Shown piece by piece: positions 52,561 to 63,673 of a DNA stretch of 64,000 nt. The DNA is taken from positions 310,001 through 374,000 of the forward strand of contig AP039702.1 in NCBI GenBank assembly GCA_051599415.1, given 5' to 3'. Origin of the DNA: Savitreella phatthalungensis. Its lineage: Eukaryota. Under the pieces are notes generated by a model that saw only the letters and a list, made by a program, of their open reading frames with translations, made no database searches and was not told the origin of the DNA. The translations under genes were made by a program, and so were the position numbers. Each line of letters starts with the position of its first letter. Position 1 is the first letter of the stretch.

Positions 52561-54271
52561 CCTTCTCGATTGTCGACTTGTCGTATCGAATGTACTTGTC
52601 CTTATGCTTCGTGAAGTCCGTGTTGACGTATTTGTCGTAGAATCGTCCGTACAATGGCACAATGACGCCTCGTATCTCATTCGTTAGGGACTGCTTGAGG
52701 TCCGGGTCGACGATGGCATAGCCCTTACAGTCCCGAATGCTCGTTTCAAACTCTGTGTTGAAGGTGCGGAATCGATCCTTGAGCGCTTCACGATCTTTGT
52801 TGGTGAACGATTGGCGTTTGTCGCCGACAGTTCGCATCACGGTCGTGTCCATGAGCGGCCGTGCGCTGACGTCCCAGGACTCACGATAGAGTTTGAAGCC
52901 GCGCTTCATGAGATCGTCCAATTTCGCAGGCGTCGTCCTCGGTGCCATTGGAGAGAGATCTGATCTGCCGATGCCGTGTTGAAGTGCTGCTGTGTTGTTG
53001 AGGCAGACAACGCCAACAAAGCCAGGCTTCCGTCCCGTCGCGCGAGCCTTCCCTTCAATGTGTGTCACGAGTGCTCCCGCGACCTCGGCTGCGAAGCCGT
53101 CGAATACAGACGTCGCCTCCTCGACAGGCGCTTGGCCGAGCCTGACAGGTCCATTAAGAGGCGCACGCCAATTATTCTCCCCCACGTGGTAGATCAAATC
53201 TAGCACGACAGCTCGATACTGGGAGAAGCGAACGAGGCGCGTTGTCACATCGCGCGTCAGGTCGACGATGCCAGCGTCGCTAGCAGGCACAAAGTCCGCA
53301 CGACTGATGAGTTGCAGAAGCTCATAGAATGCTGGAGCGCAGCTCGATGCAACCAGCGCCATGCTTGTGTCAAGACCCAGCTCCGGCAAGCTAGCCTGCA
53401 GTCGACGCATGTGTTCGAGCGTCTCAAAGCCGAGGTAACAATCTGTGCTCGGCCGATCCATGATATGACCTGCAATCGCCTTGACTGTCCCGAGGTACTC
53501 CTGAAATGCCGGACCGACGATCTTTGGGAATTCACCCGGGACCACCTTCGCGGCCGCGGCTTTCTCAACAAGAGCCATACGAATGAACGCTTCAGTGTAG
53601 TGGCCGATGCCGTTATTCTCCCGGTCATATAGCGTGCTCGTGCGGATCTCAAGGTTGCGCTGACTTGCCAGCACGAATGTGTACAGGGATCTTTGTAGGT
53701 ACGCACTTCGACTTGCCACGTACCTCTCGGGCTCGCAAGCGACCGACAAGAATTCTAGCGTCTCCGGCGGAAGACTTGGAAGCGGCTGGTCCTTGAGGAC
53801 AAATGGTAATGGCTCGATCTGTTTGGCATTGTCGCGCAAGCATGATTCGATGGAATCCTCCAGTTGAGCTCGTCCTTGCTGTTGCAGCTGCTGCATCCTT
53901 GACGCGATCTTCTGTGAAGCCTCGAGCCGAAGGTCGATCGACGCGAGTCCATTGTCAATCCGCTGTAGGGACTTGATATAAGCATGTGGGTTCTCAAGTG
54001 GTCCTGCTTTGATACGCGCTTCCTCTTCAAAGGGAATGTTGTAGTATTGCCGCGTTTTCTCAATTGCGCGGATCGTGGCACTGATGTTGTCTTGCTGACG
54101 CTTCAGGGTCTCTCCTGACGCGTAGATAGGCTCGACGACGCGCTCGAGCTGCTCCAGACGAGCATCAAATGATTTGAGTATCTCCGCCATCCGAGCTGTC
54201 AACTTATCTGTCTTTGTGAGGTTATCTTGCAGGACCTCAAGGTCTGCACGTTCCTCATCAATGGCAGGCAT
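52541..54271 (-). CDS. EXO70: Exocyst subunit Exo70
   Basis: ILKSFDARLEQLE, LYDRENNGI, CLNN, KDREALKDRFRTFNTEFE, VPLYGRFYDKY...FTKHKDKYIRYD. Confidence 0.93.
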   Translation of the reverse strand: MPAIDEERADLEVLQDNLTKTDKLTARMAEILKSFDARLEQLERVVEPIYASGETLKRQQDNISATIRAIEKTRQYYNIPFEEEARIKAGPLENPHAYIKSLQRIDNGLASIDLRLEASQKIASRMQQLQQQGRAQLEDSIESCLRDNAKQIEPLPFVLKDQPLPSLPPETLEFLSVACEPERYVASRSAYLQRSLYTFVLASQRNLEIRTSTLYDRENNGIGHYTEAFIRMALVEKAAAAKVVPGEFPKIVGPAFQEYLGTVKAIAGHIMDRPSTDCYLGFETLEHMRRLQASLPELGLDTSMALVASSCAPAFYELLQLISRADFVPASDAGIVDLTRDVTTRLVRFSQYRAVVLDLIYHVGENNWRAPLNGPVRLGQAPVEEATSVFDGFAAEVAGALVTHIEGKARATGRKPGFVGVVCLNNTAALQHGIGRSDLSPMAPRTTPAKLDDLMKRGFKLYRESWDVSARPLMDTTVMRTVGDKRQSFTNKDREALKDRFRTFNTEFETSIRDCKGYAIVDPDLKQSLTNEIRGVIVPLYGRFYDKYVNTDFTKHKDKYIRYDKSTIEKVIWDAL

Positions 54272-54816
54272 CGTCTTCGATGCCTTCACAGGCCTGTTGC
54301 AGCCTGGAGACGCCTTCTGTCCCTTCGCGTCAGAGACCAGTGCACTCGAGGACTATCTCGATCGAGTTGGAGGCGTCTCCACTTTAGACGCACGTCTGTG
54401 GAATTGTTGATCACACAGAGAAACTTTATATTTATCGGAGCTCCGTTCTGGTTTGATGTGTGCTAAATATTGTCATGATTGATCGATGATCATGCACCTC
54501 CTACGTTTGTCTACAAAGACCGCGTACCGCTATCATTGACTATCAGATTCATGCTGCCTCTGTACTGCACACAAGGACATACTTTCTTCCCTTCACTTAG
54601 AGCAATGGTATCAGATAGATCAAGAAGATGGGTTCGTTCGGCAACCTCCTGCCAGGACACTGAGCCATCTCAATGTGGCGGAAAAGAGATCGGCGTTGGT
54701 GCAGTAGCGACCAGGTTGATCGGGCAAACAGCTCCAAGAGAGCCATCAAGCCTAACGTAGTACTATCAGTAGGAAGGGTATAGTATACATGGGTGTCTCG
54801 AGATTACGCGAATGGT

Positions 54817-57183
54817 CTACTCGAGCCATGGTCGGCCGGCATCTACTGGCGTGAAAGCGCCTGGGAACGAGGACGTCCTCGCGAGGGGCACGCCACGTTC
54901 AGTGTCGAGTCTGTAGGCTTCACCTGACGGTGTATGACCGAGGACTGTGCCGGGCTCGTTGGCTTCGATCGCATCAACGACGTCGTATATCTGGTCGGCC
55001 TTCGCCTCCATGGCAGCGATCGCCGATCGGACGGTATCTGCGGCCTGTTTGCGTGCCTTCTTCGATACGGCGGGTTCTGCGTGCTTCAGTGCAGCACACG
55101 CGTCAGCATATTTGAGCCGCAGGTGACGGAATTCGTCCTCGAGCGCTGCGAGCACGGAGGAGAGTGCCTGTTGGCCCGGTTGAGAGGGGCGCACGGTTGC
55201 ATCCGCCGGATCGTATGAACGAGGGATCTGGTCGTGCTCGTACACAAGATCCGACGATTGCGTGTGGTAATTATATGGAGCCGGCTGTTGGAGAACGGGA
55301 CGTGCGGCGCCATGACCAGACATCGGTCGGCTAGTGGTGGGACGGGACTTCGCTTGAATATGCGCTGTCGTTCGGGCTTGCTGTCTCTTGCTGCAGATCG
55401 TGCAACGAGCCATGTCGTGCTTTCCGAGCTCCGCAATCATGCGCTGAACGTCAAGCTTCGTTCGAGGCCCTTCGTGCTGACGCTGAGGCCTATGCTGCTT
55501 GGCCGTCGTACTACGACGATGACGAGCGGGCATGCGTCTGTATAGAATCTGCGAGGGCTCGTCGTCGTTGGTGACAAGGCTCTCCACATCACTCGAATAA
55601 TCAGCCTCGGAGCTGTGCTCGGCCTCACTCTCGACATCGTGCGCGAAATCAAGATCGAATGCGTCGGAGCCCTGCTCGAATTCGTCCTCTTCTGCCTCGG
55701 ACACAGACCGCAAGGAGCGTTTTGGCCGTGCTTGCGAACCCTTCGCGTTCTTGCTTTGTCTGTGTCTTTGCGTAGGCAAAACCTTGCTATGCTTTGTCTG
55801 AAGAGGCTGTTGTCGGTTGGCTTGACGAGCCTGCTTGGCCTTTCGACGCTCAATAATTTCTCTCGAGATCTCCTCAATCTCAGAATCTTCGAGTACGGTC
55901 GATCGAGAGAGCTCGATAGCTTCATCGACAAATGACCGAGCCTCCTCGTCCTTTTGCACTTTGGCCTTCTGGACTCGCGCATTGACGCGGTCGACAGCGG
56001 ACTTGAGCTCCGGCTCAACGACAGCTTCCCGTTCTGCAACGAACTTGGCTTGTGCCTGCATGAGCTCGCGACGTAGGGAGTCGCACTCGGCAGTCAACTT
56101 GTCGATATTTGAGAAGGCCTCCGCAAGTCGCTTGACGGCCTCGTCGCGCTCTTCCTCCGTCGCCTTTAGCTCTTCCTGAGCGAGCTGTAACTGAAGCTTG
56201 CCAGCCTTCGACTCTTCCTCTAGAGAGTTGATCGTGTTCTGAAGTCGTTGCGTTTGTGCTTCGAGTGCCTTGATGCGACCGCTATCGACTCTTGACGTGT
56301 TTGCTACGTTGTTGACGGCATCACTGGACACGAGCTGCTTGAGCTCGTTCTCGGCAAACGTCGCTCGCTGCCGCTCAGTCTCAAGTTGCTCCTGTAGCTT
56401 CTTCAGAGCATCCCTGGCTGCTTGTAGCTGTCCGTCTTTGCTTGCGTTACGACGCTCCAATGACTCGACAGAGACTTGTAGATCTTGCAGCGCGATGAAC
56501 AGCTTCTGATTGTCGTTGGAGACCGGCACAGATTCGATGGCCCTGTGCACCGAGTGCTGCTTGCCCTTTCGCGCCGAGGCCAACATGGCTGTCAGATCCG
56601 GCATATCTTCCGGTAGACGAAAGGACTGCTGTGTGGACTCTGCGGGCCTACGTCTCGTTGCGCCTGTCGCCTTCGGGTCGAGCCCCAGGTCGTTGAAGAG
56701 TTCTGCCGTGTTTTTGAATGATTTTGGGCTGATACGCCGAACAGAGTCAAAGGCCTTGTTGTGTGGGGTTCGTTGGTAGGTCTTCTGCGGGGAGTAGTCA
56801 ATTGACTCGGAGTCGTGATGCCCGAGTGCTGTCTCTTTCCTGATATTAGTGACAAGTGGGCTGAAGCGATTCGATGAGGAGCGACGGCCGCTGTCAGATA
56901 GTGCTTTGCGCTGTGTGATTGTAGATGCTGAGAGGGAGGAAACTGAGGAAAGTGTCGGCATCATGGCGTTGAGCCGCGAGTGCATGCCAGGATGCATGCC
57001 CATACCACGCTCGATGCTGGGGCTATCGTTGTGGTCAAACCCCTGGGTGAAATCTGTGAACTGGTTCATCTCTGACTTGGTCGGGGAGTCGTCAAGAAGT
57101 TGCTGTCTTTGAGCTGTGACTTTCGCAAGCTCTTGATCAAGCATGCGATCCATGTCGTCTGTGGATCTGTTGAAAGCGTCCAT
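54817..57183 (-). CDS. Spindle pole body coiled-coil protein Ppc89 / Cep57-like
   Basis: QQSFRLPEDMPDLT, long coiled coil, HDMARCTIC, C-terminal ATVRPSQP...LEDEFRHL...MEAKADQIY (Cep57 microtubule-binding-like). Confidence 0.8.
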   Translation of the reverse strand: MDAFNRSTDDMDRMLDQELAKVTAQRQQLLDDSPTKSEMNQFTDFTQGFDHNDSPSIERGMGMHPGMHSRLNAMMPTLSSVSSLSASTITQRKALSDSGRRSSSNRFSPLVTNIRKETALGHHDSESIDYSPQKTYQRTPHNKAFDSVRRISPKSFKNTAELFNDLGLDPKATGATRRRPAESTQQSFRLPEDMPDLTAMLASARKGKQHSVHRAIESVPVSNDNQKLFIALQDLQVSVESLERRNASKDGQLQAARDALKKLQEQLETERQRATFAENELKQLVSSDAVNNVANTSRVDSGRIKALEAQTQRLQNTINSLEEESKAGKLQLQLAQEELKATEEERDEAVKRLAEAFSNIDKLTAECDSLRRELMQAQAKFVAEREAVVEPELKSAVDRVNARVQKAKVQKDEEARSFVDEAIELSRSTVLEDSEIEEISREIIERRKAKQARQANRQQPLQTKHSKVLPTQRHRQSKNAKGSQARPKRSLRSVSEAEEDEFEQGSDAFDLDFAHDVESEAEHSSEADYSSDVESLVTNDDEPSQILYRRMPARHRRSTTAKQHRPQRQHEGPRTKLDVQRMIAELGKHDMARCTICSKRQQARTTAHIQAKSRPTTSRPMSGHGAARPVLQQPAPYNYHTQSSDLVYEHDQIPRSYDPADATVRPSQPGQQALSSVLAALEDEFRHLRLKYADACAALKHAEPAVSKKARKQAADTVRSAIAAMEAKADQIYDVVDAIEANEPGTVLGHTPSGEAYRLDTERGVPLARTSSFPGAFTPVDAGRPWLE

Positions 57184-57557
57184 GTGTGCAGGGTTTACTT
57201 GGATGGGTAAGTTGTCGGTCGGGATGCGATTGAATGTGTCAGGAAGAAGTGTCGCAGGTAGAAGGCTGGAGAGACAGTCTATGAACGCTTCAGATCAAGA
57301 TCGAGAATGGGCGGGAAAAGAGTGTGAGTAGGCAGAATGGTAGAAGAGAGAAGACAGTGAATGTGTAGGCCGTTGTCGAGGACGCGCGTTTGTCGCGTTC
57401 TTTGGTTATTTAGGGCGGATTACTGTTCACTGACTTTGGTGCCCTGGAAGCAAGGACACCTGGAAGAAGAGTATAGGTGTGTTTGTGTGTAGGTAGGTGT
57501 AGTGATGGATAGATGGACGTGGCAGACCGGAGTGAGGACAGACCAGCAGCCTTGTGG

Positions 57558-57692
57558 AGTGAGTGTGTTTAGGTGTAAGAGTGTGAGTGTGAGTGTGTGT
57601 GTGTGTTTGTGTAAAGTGAGAGCGTGTGTGAGTGTATACAGTATGGTTGCCTGTGCTTCTACTTCTTCTGCTTCTGCTTCTGCTTCTGCTCT
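57558..57692. repeat. (GT/GAGT)n and (CTTCTG)n simple repeats
   Basis: gtgtgagtgtgagtgtgtgtgtgtgt... and cttctgcttctgcttctgcttctg. Confidence 0.8.
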
Positions 57693-58855
57693 TTTGGATA
57701 TCATATGCTTTTGAGCAGCAACCAAGTAAAATTATAGCTCGAAGCGGTCAAACTTCTGGTAGTCAATCGATCATCGATGGGAAATTGTAAACAAACCATT
57801 CCAAAGTATGTACGTATGTACGTGTACACATGCAGCCAAGCAATTTGATCACCATCATCATCATGATCATCAATTAAATCTATGCGCATCTGTGCATCCA
57901 ATTCATATATGCAAGCATATGATATTTCTTCTCAATCAACAACGGAAGTATACTGCACGACTTGCAATGGATGGTCATTATAGCTAGCTAGCTGTACAGT
58001 GCATGATCATGATGATGATGATTTTTGCTCTAGCTAAGTATAGTATAAGCCTAGGTAAATCTCATCAGATCCAAGAATGCATGTGCAGTGAACCATCCAT
58101 CACAAAAACGTAGATGCACGCAGTACAAACAGCTGCATTCCAAAAAATGGGTGCTCCTCCTTTCCAGAAAAGTGTGCCAGCAAACGTGCATCATCACTAA
58201 GAGCGAGCTGCGGGAATAAACACTATATCAGCAGCTGAGAATAGCAGCATGTGCACTGAGATCATCTCAAGTGTGGCATGTAGATACCACGATCACTATA
58301 TCTGACTCTGTCGATGCTGCTTTTCAAAGCCTCATTGCAACGATTCTCCAAATTTTTTATAAAACTTTATATGGATTTCTTTATGTCCTTGTCGATCGAT
58401 CTTCAGAGTCATGCATGCATGCCAGGTAAGAGCATCCACCAATTAATACAGAATTGATCGATCGATCAAGACCTGTGAAGATCCTGAACGTCCAATGCAC
58501 CATCCAACCAACCATGCCATGGATGGCCATGCATGCAGGTCTCCACATCACATAGCTGCAAGGACCCCCCAAAACCACCACAGCACACCCACACCGTACG
58601 CATAAGCACCTCATCTGGGTGCATTAGGTAACAGGCCCGTTTATTCTCACAGTGACAGGTCCAGACACTCTTGTGAAGTGCACGAGCTCCCAAAACAAAA
58701 GCTCTCCGACCTCCTGAACTGTCTTGTCATGCTAAAACTATGAACACCGGGCGTGAAACATTGCTCAATCGCGCAGCGAATGTGTGATCATTCAGTGCTG
58801 AGCTGATCTGGAGACAACATCTCGACAGAGATCATTGCATCGACTTGCACTAGTC

Positions 58856-61453
58856 ATGGTGGCACCATCAGGACCAGCAAAGGCCTCAGGCGCCTCGCGA
58901 TTGCAGACAAACACAACAGCAATCACAACTGCTGCCACCACCGCAACAGGACTATCTCTGGCATCACAGGTCCAGCAGATTGTCGCAAATTCTCGCACAG
59001 ATAACGAGAATCTGGAGCAGCTGGCACCCGTGATCCGTAATGCGTGTCTCTCGGCACAAGAGGAGTCGCTCTTGAGCGAACTGGAGAATGTCGCAGTGGC
59101 GAAAAAGCGCGAGATCGAGTCCATCTGTGCTGATAACAAGGCAGATTTCCTAGGCTCTGTTGGTCATCTCCTCAAAGTCAGACAGAGCACAGTCAGTCTA
59201 CGTCAGCAGGTTGCAGAGCTCAATCATGCTATGCAGGACAGTGGCACGGAGCTCACCAAGCGCAAGAAGGGCTTGCTCGAGTCAAAGGCTGTCTCTCGCA
59301 ATATCGGCGAAGCCATAGGCACTCTGCAGCGTTGCGTCAAGCTTCTCAATGCCACAAACCGCATCCAAGAGTTTGTCGACGGTGGTAACTTCTATGCAGC
59401 CCTGCGCGGCCTCGACGAGCTACAAAGGGTACAGCTCCGGGAAGTGCCTCAGCACGACTTTGTTCTTCTCATCAAGGGTTCCATCCCCACCATCAAGCGC
59501 TCTATCCAGGATGCCGTTCGACAGAAGCTCAAGACTTGGTTATACGACATTCGTGAACAGTCGCGAGCCGTCGGCCAAGCTGCGATTCGCGAGACAGAGC
59601 GACGACAAGCCCGTTGGCGCGCGCAGATCGAGAAGAATCCGTCACTGCAACCATTCAAGCTCAACTCGCCAATCGAACTCGTCTTGAACGACGAGGACGA
59701 TTTCGATCCGCTCGACAACGACGACGTTAGGATCGACTTCACCACCTTCTTCGAATGTGTCCATATCTTTGACGAGATGGGAACGCTGGGCGAGCTGAAG
59801 CAGCAGTATGCAAGCGATCGAAGGACTCAAAAAGACTTGCTCATCCCCGCCTCACTGAGATTGTCAGACGCGTCAAGCGCACAGCAGCAGCTTGAACGAC
59901 TTCTACAGGACATCACTGGCTTCGCCATCATCGAACACTTCACCGGTCGCAAAGCAAGGGAATTCCGTCAACCTGAAGAAGTTGAAGCAATATGGTCTTC
60001 ACTGACGGCGGTCGTAGTCGAGCGCGTAGGGGCTGCTCTCCGCGCGGTCGACGATGCTGCTAGCTTACTAGAGATGCGCAACCAGCTGATGACATTCACG
60101 CTGACATTAGAGAGTCTTGAGTTCGATATGACGAATCTCAACAAGTTCATGCTCGAATTGCTCGAGATTTACTCGTCCTTACTTGGGCGCCAATTCGAAG
60201 CCTCATTTAACGAGAATGCCGACAAGGACAACTACCTGCCCATGTCTGTGGAAAACGAAGAAGACTGGGAGAAGATCGCAGCTTACTGCTGGTACTCTGA
60301 GCCACCGCGCCCTGAGGGGCTGCCCACGCCTACCTATCCTCGTGCGTTCCCGTTCAGTCAGACCTATCCGCTCTGCTGTATCGAAATTCGTGATTACATC
60401 AACGAGTTTTACGCTTGTGCAGACGATCTCAGCAACAAGCACGATGAAGTCGAGGAGATTTTGCGGCGCTCTCTCGAGCATCTGCTCGTCCGCTGCGTCA
60501 ACCAGAATCTGAGTGCGAGGTTGCCACTGCTTCAGCTCTCGCAGCTATCTCAGATGATCGTCAACCTAGAGCAGTTCGAAGGTGCTTGTTCCGAACTGAA
60601 CAAGATCTTGAACGAATCCCGATCCTCCCGCAAATCGAAGCTGCTGGCGAGTGAGCAATTCAGCGTAACACAAGAAGCATGCGAGAAGCGTATCTTTGAG
60701 CTTGTCGATCGCAAGATCGACGCCGTCTTCGAGTTGGCAGAATACGATTGGGGCACGTCGGGTCCAGCTCGAGCAGCGCCTGCGCCTTGGGTCGAGGAAC
60801 TATGTTCCTTCCTAACAGCGACGATGCGTGATCAGCTTGCAAACCTGCCAGAGCGCGTCACGACAATGGTCAGATTCGACGCACTCGACCGAGTCGCATC
60901 TCGAATGACTCAAATCCCGCTGGCCGAAGGTCCAGCCACACGGCGGATCTCGATCGCCGGCGCACAGAACTTCGAGCGAGACGTTCGACACCTAGAGTCC
61001 TTCATCGCCGATCCACGCGCATTCTCGGGCTCTCGGCCATCAACTCGCGACGCTGCCGATCGCACATCGGATGATGGGCCTCAGTCAGCTGCAGACATGC
61101 TCGCTGCGCAAAGCGCGCTCGACCTCCTAGTCGAGGTCCGCCAGGTCTGCAACTTTCTACTGGCGGATGACCCTGGGGCAGAGTACCTCGACACCGCTGT
61201 GCGGAATCGCAAGTACGCTCGCGTGAGACCGGCGGTGGCGATCAAGCTGCTGGAGAAGCTGCTGGCTGCGGTGTCGTCCAACGACGGTAGCTCTTCCGCC
61301 CTCGGCTCCGCTTCCGCAGCCGTCGGCGACGCTCTCGGTGGGTTCATGTCAGGTGGAGGACTTCCGGCCGGCATGGATCCTGCCAAACGGGCACGCAAGC
61401 TCAAGCTCGAGACTGGACTCGCCCAGCTCCAAGCATCCTTAGGCAGGCGTTGA
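58856..61453 (+). CDS. SEC15: Exocyst subunit Sec15
   Basis: LEQLAPVIR, EIESIC, FYAALRGLDELQ, IDFTTFFECVHIF, DNYLPM, FPFSQTYPLCCIEIR, QMIVNLEQFE, ELAEYDW, RNRKYARV. Confidence 0.94.
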   Translation: MVAPSGPAKASGASRLQTNTTAITTAATTATGLSLASQVQQIVANSRTDNENLEQLAPVIRNACLSAQEESLLSELENVAVAKKREIESICADNKADFLGSVGHLLKVRQSTVSLRQQVAELNHAMQDSGTELTKRKKGLLESKAVSRNIGEAIGTLQRCVKLLNATNRIQEFVDGGNFYAALRGLDELQRVQLREVPQHDFVLLIKGSIPTIKRSIQDAVRQKLKTWLYDIREQSRAVGQAAIRETERRQARWRAQIEKNPSLQPFKLNSPIELVLNDEDDFDPLDNDDVRIDFTTFFECVHIFDEMGTLGELKQQYASDRRTQKDLLIPASLRLSDASSAQQQLERLLQDITGFAIIEHFTGRKAREFRQPEEVEAIWSSLTAVVVERVGAALRAVDDAASLLEMRNQLMTFTLTLESLEFDMTNLNKFMLELLEIYSSLLGRQFEASFNENADKDNYLPMSVENEEDWEKIAAYCWYSEPPRPEGLPTPTYPRAFPFSQTYPLCCIEIRDYINEFYACADDLSNKHDEVEEILRRSLEHLLVRCVNQNLSARLPLLQLSQLSQMIVNLEQFEGACSELNKILNESRSSRKSKLLASEQFSVTQEACEKRIFELVDRKIDAVFELAEYDWGTSGPARAAPAPWVEELCSFLTATMRDQLANLPERVTTMVRFDALDRVASRMTQIPLAEGPATRRISIAGAQNFERDVRHLESFIADPRAFSGSRPSTRDAADRTSDDGPQSAADMLAAQSALDLLVEVRQVCNFLLADDPGAEYLDTAVRNRKYARVRPAVAIKLLEKLLAAVSSNDGSSSALGSASAAVGDALGGFMSGGGLPAGMDPAKRARKLKLETGLAQLQASLGRR

Positions 61454-61645
61454 GCTAAATGAATGCGAGGCCAGGAAAAACCCAAATTGTTATGCTCTTT
61501 CCACACTCTTGGGACATCGTCACTTTCATTCATTGTCGTAATCAGAGGAAGAGAAGTATACTATAAGGAAAAAAAGCCCGAAGTTGCACGAGCATGTCAG
61601 AGTCTTTTCGACCTCGTCAAATGGGCGTCGTGTGTGAGGAGATCG

Positions 61646-63673
61646 TCAACAACCTGTCAATGTACTCTTTGGCCAAGAATAGCCAGCGTCCTTCCATTTA
61701 GTCAGATTAGGGTTCGTATATGCAACTGGGTGATTTGCGATGTATTGCGTCGTCGGGAAGCCCGGTGGATCGCAGGTCAGCGAGACAGCGTCAGGATCCT
61801 GATAAATCCGCACGTGGTCGATGTACATGGTCGCCGGAAATTGGAGGTTGGCCTTGTCGATATAGACCCAGGAATTCGACATGCCAAGGTTGAGGATGAT
61901 CGACATAGGCTCGACGGGAATCAGCCGCTGATTGATATTGCCATTGGGGCCGACAGCGGCACCGAGCATTTGCCATGTCCAGTCTGCGCCCACATGCCAT
62001 GCAAGTCTACCAGATTTCCCTCCCGGCACATAGTCGAACGCGTAGGTCTGATACGCATTGCCCTCATACCATTTGCGGTTCAGCGTGGTCACGCCAGAAA
62101 GCGCTTGCTGATATGGGCCTCCATTCCACGAGTTCATGTTCGTCACGGAAACATTGTTGACTGCGAGGTAATCCGAGTTGCTCATCCAGAAGAGGTCGAA
62201 TGGTGCCGTCTGTAGCGATTGGGAGACAACGCCTGTCAACAAATCAGGTTGGTAGGCACCGACTGTAGCCTCGATCACATCAATTTCAGGCGCGCCTCGG
62301 CCTGTGCCAGGATTCGGATGCTCTGCCCCGGAACAGGTGCATGACGACAAGCGTTGCCCAGGCAGGTAGGACAAGCCATCGGCTTGTGACTGATTAGCCG
62401 TAATGCCAGCATCACATGACGAGTATGAGTATGGCCATGTGCCATCTGTGGTAGCGAGGTAACCCGCGCGTCCAAGATTGCCCAGTGTCCAGATGCCCGG
62501 CCACAGTCCAGGAACAGAGCCCGAACCCGGTAAGGAAGCAGACACTTCGATCATACCGCCCTTGAAGCAGAGCTTGTTCCATGATTGCAGCATGCCCGAT
62601 CGGTAATCAAGGCCGTGATTGGCAAACTTCTCGAACTTGATGACGAGCGACCCGTTCCGCGTCGTGATAGCGTCAGGATCATACCACTCCAGATCTTGTG
62701 TGGCACCGTACCGAATGTCGACGGCTTCCCAGAACTGGTCGTCACCTGGATAGAATGTCCTTCCTTCCTGATTGAACTCGTCACTGAAGACCAACTTGTA
62801 CGTCTTGCCAAATACCGACTGCTTCGTATAAGCGCTTTGCGGTGTGTCGGGATCAATCATTGAGGTGCGGATGTGTGACAACATCGGAGCGGTTGAGTTG
62901 ATCAAGTCCTGATCGATTGGTGGAGCAGTCAAATGTCCGGTATATGTAAGCGCAGGAATCAGGATGAAGATGACAATGGAGGAGACCAGGAGCAGGATAA
63001 GCGCACCCATGTTCATAAGACCGCGTCGATTGCGCCACCACACGTTGGTAGGTAGCCGATCAGGCACGCGCGGATCGTGCAGGTAGTCATCATCCTCCTT
63101 GTCAAGAAACGTGCCTGCATAATCTTGTGATGAGATTGCAAATGCGCCGAGTATCTTTGAGCGTTCGTCAAGGCTATCCAGCTCGTCGTTCTCGTCCTTT
63201 TCTATCAGTGTCTCTGGCGAGAGAGAGTTGCGTCGACTCGGCAATCGGGAAGTGTCACGTGAGAGGTCCATCGACGATGGATATCTGTCCAACATGTCTG
63301 CAAGCATTCGCGAGCTCGGCGGCACACCTAGAAGTGGCAAATTGACCTGCGACACGTTGGCAGAATTGTTTGTGCTGGGTCTGCGGCTAGCACCACGCGA
63401 ACTGTTGTATGCGTAAGGCCTCGAGCCTCCAGGCAGCATTGCCTCGTCAGGGCGCAGATTCGATAGAGATCTGCGCAGTGTGCTGAGAGATTGAGATGAG
63501 AAACTCGGTCGAAGTGAGTTACCGATCGCGGCATTCTCATCAGCGAAAGGATCCGCTGCATATCCGGAGGGACTACCGTAGGCATTCGTGAGCTCTCTGC
63601 CGCGTCGCGAAGGCACAGGTGATCGTCCTGAATCGCTTGCTCCAGGGGCACCGGGCGGCGATCTCCCTGGCAT
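61646..63673 (-). CDS. KRE6: Kre6/Skn1 beta-1,6-glucan synthesis-associated GH16 type II membrane protein
   Basis: EDDDYLHDP, TM, IDPDTP, LVFSDEFN, DLEWYDPD, YRSGMLQSWNKLCF, GLWPGIW, GRGAPEIDVIEA, EPMSIILN. Confidence 0.95.
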   Translation of the reverse strand: MPGRSPPGAPGASDSGRSPVPSRRGRELTNAYGSPSGYAADPFADENAAIGNSLRPSFSSQSLSTLRRSLSNLRPDEAMLPGGSRPYAYNSSRGASRRPSTNNSANVSQVNLPLLGVPPSSRMLADMLDRYPSSMDLSRDTSRLPSRRNSLSPETLIEKDENDELDSLDERSKILGAFAISSQDYAGTFLDKEDDDYLHDPRVPDRLPTNVWWRNRRGLMNMGALILLLVSSIVIFILIPALTYTGHLTAPPIDQDLINSTAPMLSHIRTSMIDPDTPQSAYTKQSVFGKTYKLVFSDEFNQEGRTFYPGDDQFWEAVDIRYGATQDLEWYDPDAITTRNGSLVIKFEKFANHGLDYRSGMLQSWNKLCFKGGMIEVSASLPGSGSVPGLWPGIWTLGNLGRAGYLATTDGTWPYSYSSCDAGITANQSQADGLSYLPGQRLSSCTCSGAEHPNPGTGRGAPEIDVIEATVGAYQPDLLTGVVSQSLQTAPFDLFWMSNSDYLAVNNVSVTNMNSWNGGPYQQALSGVTTLNRKWYEGNAYQTYAFDYVPGGKSGRLAWHVGADWTWQMLGAAVGPNGNINQRLIPVEPMSIILNLGMSNSWVYIDKANLQFPATMYIDHVRIYQDPDAVSLTCDPPGFPTTQYIANHPVAYTNPNLTKWKDAGYSWPKSTLTGC

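Noticed and set aside
58148..58270. GGGTGC...GCTGAGA resembling a TPP riboswitch
   Set aside because: The downstream core (ACCTGAT/CTTGAT...TAAT...AGCG) is absent and there is no thiamine gene nearby.
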